Under the pieces are notes generated by a model. The model did not search any database. It saw only the letters and a list, made by a program, of their open reading frames with translations, and was not told the DNA's origin. From Lama guanicoe (lineage: Eukaryota): 64,000 nt of DNA. The stretch is taken from NCBI GenBank assembly GCA_013239625.1, contig MU054187.1:620001-684000 (forward strand). Direction: 5' to 3'. The position numbers and the translations under genes were made by a program. Each line of letters begins with the position of its first letter. Within the stretch, counting starts at the first letter, position 1. Shown piece by piece: positions 59,048 to 64,000 of the stretch.

Positions 59048-60156
59048 CCACTTTTTAACAGTCTACTTTTCTGTTTCACGCAGTGTGTTTTTGCTTAATC
59101 AGAGCAGAGCACATGCAATCACAAAAGGGACTTAATATCTGGAGCAGCCTCTGAGTGCTTCTGGTGGACAGAGGTGTCCCCTCCCAGCGGCCTGCCCGGG
59201 AGCCTTTGCGGGAGGCAGAGCGCAGCCCAGGACCAGACTGAGGTCGCATTCCCAACACTCCCTCTATGGCCACAGACACCTGCTGGGCAGGAGGAGGCCG
59301 GGGGAGCGGTGGCCGCAGGAGTCCCTGGCCAGCGGGCACCGTGGGCTGTGACCTGGGATGAGGGGCTACAGGAGAGGAATCCTGGGGGGCAGGTCCAAGG
59401 GGACAGAGAGGGGCTGGCGGTGGAGACAGAGGGAGACAGAACAGAGAGGGGGCTTCGCATCCCCCTGCGAGGGTCACTGGGGTGACCCCAGAGGCCAGGC
59501 CTTGTCCATCAAGCCCAGGAAGGCCCACTGCCCCTCTGCCCCTCGTGGGGGTCTGTCTGGGGTTCTTTGTACTTTCAACCCACAGTGTTCATGGAGGCCC
59601 ATTCTGGCCGCGGGCAGCCAGGCTGTCACGCTGAGGCCTCAGGCAGGGACACAGGTCGTTCGAATGCAGGCTCCGTGTCCCTGAGCCCCCTCGGTGCCCA
59701 GTGGAAACACCTTCCAGGGCCCGCTGCCAGAATCCTTCTCTCTGATGTTGTCTTGACTCTTTACTGCTCCAAAGGAAATTCAGGAGCTTCAGTGATTTTT
59801 TAAATGTATTCCCAGCATCTTTCTGACATGAAGAAAATAACTCATGCTTATGTAATCTCTCTGTTCATCTCCTTCATACAAACATTTCATGACAGTTACG
59901 TGTGTCAACAGATAAGTCTGGGTGATAAGGCATCTCTAGCACGTAACCCGTCCGGCCAACCCAGCAACGTGTCACAGGGAGCTTCCTGTCTTCGGCTGAT
60001 TTACTTGCATCCTAACCAAAGCCGGGCGCTACGTGTCGGTCAACCCTGTCCCCCACCCTCGAGTGCGCAGTCACCTCCTGAGCGGAGCAGGAAAGACACA
60101 CAGTCTGTATGTGCCTCCTCATTCGCTCGCTTGAGACAACACAGACATTCAGGGAT

Positions 60157-60216
60157 TCACATCTCGCTGAATTCGTGTGGCTCCTTGAATACTTGGGCTT
60201 CAAATTCCATCTGGCT
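60157..60216 (-). CDS. CLXN: Calaxin last coding exon: SQMEFEAQVFKEPHEFSEM* (stop TGA at 60159-60157)
   Basis: Acceptor ...cttctacttcacAG|AGCCAG, in frame with the previous phase-0 exon. Resembles the calaxin C-terminus SQMEFEAQVFK. Confidence 0.92.
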   Translation of the reverse strand, partial: SQMEFEAQVFKEPHEFSEM

Positions 60217-60999
60217 CTGTGAAGTAGAAGTGCTCACGTTAGTACAGACTTCCAACAAGGGGGAACAACAACAGGAAATGTTCTCCGTGTCTCCTTAATG
60301 TCTGGAGAGACGGCAGTGACTGGGGAGGAGCGAAGGTCAGGAACCACTCACAGCTGGCAACTGGGTGACTCCGCTCCGGCCCAGGGCAGTTCTGGGGTCT
60401 CAGGCAGGTGAGACCACGTGGTCCAGCCCCGGGAGCCCCGCCCACTGAGCTCGGCTCACAGGCCAGAGCCCGCAGGGCGGGCCGGAGGGTGGGCACACAG
60501 TGGGGGTCCAGGAGGAAGGACCATGTCGCAGCCAGGCTGGGGTGGGCAGCGCAGATGCTTCCTGGACAGGAGAAGCTGGACGAGGAGCTCGGGGTGGGGA
60601 AGGGATGAGGGCGAGGAAGACAAGAACCCAAGAGCTGAACCCTTGGGATTGTTCACTAGGCGGGCGTGGTGACCTTGGCAAGAGCAGCGTCAAGGGCAGA
60701 CAGGAGAAAGTGGTGGTCGTGTAAGGCACGAATGCGGACAATTCTTCTAAGACGCCTGGCTGTGAAAAAGCCTCGGACAGCAAATAGGGGCAGGTGTGGG
60801 ATTCGGGGACGTTCTTTCCCTCCCTCCCTTCTCTTTTGTTTGTCAGATGCGACAGGTTTAGATCTGTTTAAATTCTGATAGAAAGGTTTTAGTAGTGAGG
60901 GAAGAGGTTGAAATGTAAAGATGCAGGTAAATGATGAAATTCCTGAGGAGACAGAAGGACAGAGATCCAGAACTCTGCACCAGGCACTTACGAGATCTG

Positions 61000-61037
61000 T
61001 CCACCCATCCACCCACCCACCCATCCATCCATCTATC
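61000..61037. repeat. (CCAC/CCAT)n tetranucleotide microsatellite in the last CLXN intron
   Basis: tccacccatccacccacccacccatccatccatctatc. Confidence 0.9.
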
Positions 61038-61211
61038 AAAATTAAGGTACCAGGTCATGAACCAGCTGTTTTCTTCTGTGGGCTTTCTCTCTTCTGAAGC
61101 CATTTTCTGAGGGGAATGTGGTTCACCTGATCACCCCCCAAACCAGGAAGCCCTGGGCTGCTGGCCCTACGGTATATTTTGGTCACTGTTCAGCGAAAGC
61201 AGTACTGTCAC

Positions 61212-61316
61212 CTTTGGGTCAGGCAGACATGGTCCAAATGCTTCCAGTAGGAGAGTCTCTTCTCTGATGGCTTGTTCGTAGTCTGCGACGGACAGCTTCC
61301 CGTCGTGGTCGCGGTC
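61212..61316 (-). CDS. CLXN: Calaxin coding exon; 105 nt, phase 0/0: DRDHDGKLSVADYEQAIREETLLLEAFGPCLPDPK, with EF-hand loop DRDHDGKLSVAD
   Basis: Acceptor ...ggcccccAG|GACCGC and donor AAG|GTGACA. Hand-translated (absent from the ORF track); contains the calaxin motif LLEAFGPCLP. Confidence 0.95.
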
Positions 61317-61547
61317 CTGGGGGGCCAGCCATGCATCAGTTAACATGCTGACACCACCACCAATACCTACTGCTCCTCCAGTTCAAGTATCAGCAGGGGA
61401 AAGCTGGCAGATACTGACGTCGAAGAGAACTTTTACGTAACAAAAGAGCACGCTCTAAGAGCATTACTTCACTACGTGGGAAACGTGGGCACTGTGATTT
61501 GAATTCTTACTTCTCTCCCCTATGTGGCCTAGCTTGCCCATATTTAC

Positions 61548-61699
61548 CATTTTCTTGAGTGTTATTTCGACCAAATCTTTAACTCCTTCGTCAGGGTCTT
61601 CTTCGGACGGCTGCTTGAGAAGGCTGTTCTTCAACATGTGGAACATCTCCTCCTTTGAGATGAATCCATCGCCGTTCAGATCAAACACTTCAAAGCAAT
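61548..61699 (-). CDS. CLXN: Calaxin coding exon; 152 nt, phase 1/0: (Y)[50 protein letters not shown], with EF-hand loop [12 protein letters not shown]
   Basis: Poly-T tract plus caAG|ATTGC acceptor and ATG|GTAAAT donor. Overlaps ORF 61464..61688. Canonical EF-hand. Confidence 0.97.
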
Positions 61700-62348
61700 C
61701 TTGAAAAAAAAAATAACCAACAAGAATTTGCTACTGTCAGCAAGGGGACACTCACTCTAATCAAGTGGTCAGAGCCCAGGGCTCTAGTGTTAATGTCCTT
61801 CTCAGGCCAAAGGCCTCCGTGCAACCCGGTTTCTGTAAAAAGGGCTGCAGGCCTACTTGTCGACTCTACTCGACAATCTTAGAACAACCTTCTTCACTCT
61901 CAGCTGCGGGGAGCGTGCCGGGAACACCGACAAGTTAACATTTCATCTTGAAAATCTTGGGAAACTGACTGAAACGGAGCCCCCTGGAGTGAATGAGGAG
62001 TTAACTGAGAGTGGGAACACTTGCACCCATGTTCTCTCCCTTTGTGGTTCCGACTCCAGTGATGAGGTGTGTAAGGCGCTCCCCACCTTCATACGCAAGT
62101 GTGCATATGTGGTCAGCCTGCGCGGTCTTGCTTGGCACGGATTCCTCCTCGGAATCTCCTGATTTTCCTCTTTCTCATTTTTTTTTCAATCCTTATCATT
62201 GACTTGAATTCACTCCATAAAAGAGGCTGCTGGGAATTCAAACCACCAGACAGCAGACAAGCCCACCGTCCCAGCTGGGCCGGAGGGCGCCGGGCTAGAC
62301 TCCTTAGGGACCTCGTGAACAAGCCGAGAGGGCAACGTGAAGGCTTAC

Positions 62349-62453
62349 ATTTCATTTTTTCTTCCAGAGTCCCTCGAAGAAACACTGATAGTCCACACAC
62401 CCACTCCGTTACACTCACACAGCCGTCGTTGTCTTTGTCAAAACCTCGGAAAA
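62349..62453 (-). CDS. CLXN: Calaxin coding exon; 105 nt, phase 1/1: (V)[34 protein letters not shown], with EF-hand loop [12 protein letters not shown]
   Basis: Acceptor ...tctctccgcAG|TTTTCCGA and donor AAAT|GTAAGC. Splices in frame with both neighbouring exons and encodes a canonical 12-residue EF-hand loop. Confidence 0.95.
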
Positions 62454-63188
62454 CTGCGGAGAGAGAAGCAGGCAGGACACGCGTGCTGGGCTTCTGTTCT
62501 CAGTGATGCATCTGCTTTGGTGCTGCCCACCTTTCAGGCAGGACCACAGGGCCGCGTGGCCCCGTGCCCTCATCTGACCACGGAGGACACTGAGATGTCG
62601 AAACACTGGGAACTTTCACTGAAGCTTTGGGAAGAGTCCCTTGACATTTTGTGGGAACAAGTAAATTCTGAATGTCTAAGCATATTGATCCAACAGCTCA
62701 CATATGAACATACTGGTATATTAAATACGTTGATATATTAACATAAAATATATGATTTTATGTCTTTATTACTCAAGAAGAGTAATGCTATTACGTGACA
62801 GATAAGATTATGTTATTTTTATGGAAATACTTTTGATGATTTAAGGAAATATACATGTCCTTTTCAAATTTTTTATTATTATACTTATGAAGTAGAAAGA
62901 GAAATATTTCAGGGTTTCTAATATAAAGTAAGGGAAACCTAGTTAGCCAAGCTTTGTCCTCTTCTTAAATACACAGAAACACAGAAAGAGTGGTCCCCAC
63001 CTCCCTCCCTACACCCCCATCTCCTCCCTACGCCCCCCATCTCCCTACCCATGAATATAAACCGAGGTTTATTTCTGGGTGGAACTGGGAATGTAGAAGT
63101 TAAGCTTCCCACCAAGAGCATGTCTAAACCCCAAACTACTTTCCCCTGTTATGGCTGGATTTGGCCCATCTGAAGATTGTCCTCTTAC

Positions 63189-63347
63189 CTCTGTCCATGG
63201 TCATGTCATCTGTCATTCCAAATGTCACATGCAGGATGTTTCGAAACGCATTGCGATCGAGTCCAATGACCACACCCTGCCGCTCGGTTACATCTCCCAC
63301 CAGGTTATAGAAAAGACTGATGAGACATTTCACTTCAAATTTATTAA
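63189..63347 (-). CDS. CLXN: Calaxin (EFCAB1) internal coding exon, probably exon 2; 159 nt, phase 1/1: (F)NKFEVKCLISLFYNLVGDVTERQGVVIGLDRNAFRNILHVTFGMTDDMTMDR
   Basis: Minus-strand acceptor ...tctttcacAG|TTAATAAA and donor AGAG|GTAAGA. The translation matches the calaxin segment GLDRNAFRNILHVTFGMTDD as I recall it. Overlaps ORF 63136..63333. Confidence 0.95.
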
Positions 63348-64000
63348 CTGTGAAAGAGTAAAATCAAGACGTGGCAAAATGCATTTTAATCTTTAGTTTC
63401 TAGCTTAAATGTTGCATTTGAAGACTTTATAGACAAACAACATTGAAGCCATAAATATGTTGCTGTCGACAGGCGACTGTCCTGGGCTGAGTTTCGTGGC
63501 CCCCAGGCCAACAGAAGACGCCACTCCTGAGGGCCCCATGGAGGCAGGAGCAGCAGCCCCTCCCTCAGGCAGGTGTAAGTTCAGCCCCACTTGGGAGAGA
63601 AGAAGAGAGCTTTGCCAAGTTACCCGCAGAGTGACTGTGGGTCCAGACTCTAAGCTTGACAAAGCCATAGAGGGAGGAGTCAAAGCAAGCAAGGGGGTGT
63701 TAAGGTACTTTTTGATTAGAAGCATTGATGAGGCTTGCAAATTAACCTTCACCTGGGAATACAACACCAGGCTCATGAAAGCAAGGCAACAGTTTTCATT
63801 TCAATCAGCCTTGGTGAATCCGTAATCCAGGTTTTGGAAACCAGAATCAGCTACTTTCCAATAAGGAAGGACTTAAGCATCTTTTAGCACCCATGCCAGT
63901 TCTCATGGTGGATGATGTGAAAACATGCAACTGTCCAGCAGCACTTTGGAGGAAGGACACTTTTATCTCCAGGGTGTGCATACACACGTGAGCTTGTCAC

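Noticed and set aside
1-60000. Hundreds of 60-330 aa ORFs in the track
   Set aside because: Stop-codon scarcity in GC-rich mammalian DNA; no domain similarity or exon structure recognised apart from the L1 ORF1 remnant.
63350-64000. CLXN first coding exon or promoter
   Set aside because: No minus-strand ATG exon encoding the expected N-terminus (MNRKKLQKL-like) with a phase-1 donor was found; it must lie beyond the window.

Overview
Mammalian genomic DNA, most likely camelid: a tRNA-Ala-derived Vic-1-type SINE sits at about 28.5 kb. The only protein-coding gene I can support is the 3' part of CLXN/EFCAB1 (calaxin, an EF-hand outer-dynein-arm protein) on the minus strand. It has five GT-AG coding exons between 63347 and 60157 that splice in frame to a 192-codon C-terminal part plus TGA. 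The ATG exon lies beyond the right edge, and a likely poly(A) signal is at 58809-58814. The other ~58 kb is a very GC- and CpG-rich non-coding tract; in human the equivalent region is the gene desert next to EFCAB1/SNAI2 (recalled, not verified here). It holds decayed L1, L2 and MIR fragments, two assembly gaps and several AT-rich, motif-dense islands that may be enhancers. The hundreds of ORFs in the track are GC-content artefacts. Four things stand out. (1) Old repeats, and possibly the calaxin coding sequence, appear rewritten AT->GC, consistent with GC-biased gene conversion. (2) A ~660-bp direct duplication 4.3 kb apart shows a sharp internal identity step. (3) A perfect 21-bp-stem, 70-nt hairpin of pre-miRNA size lies at 14146-14215. 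(4) A 36-bp tandem unit carries an internal palindrome. I found no evidence for a new multi-gene system.
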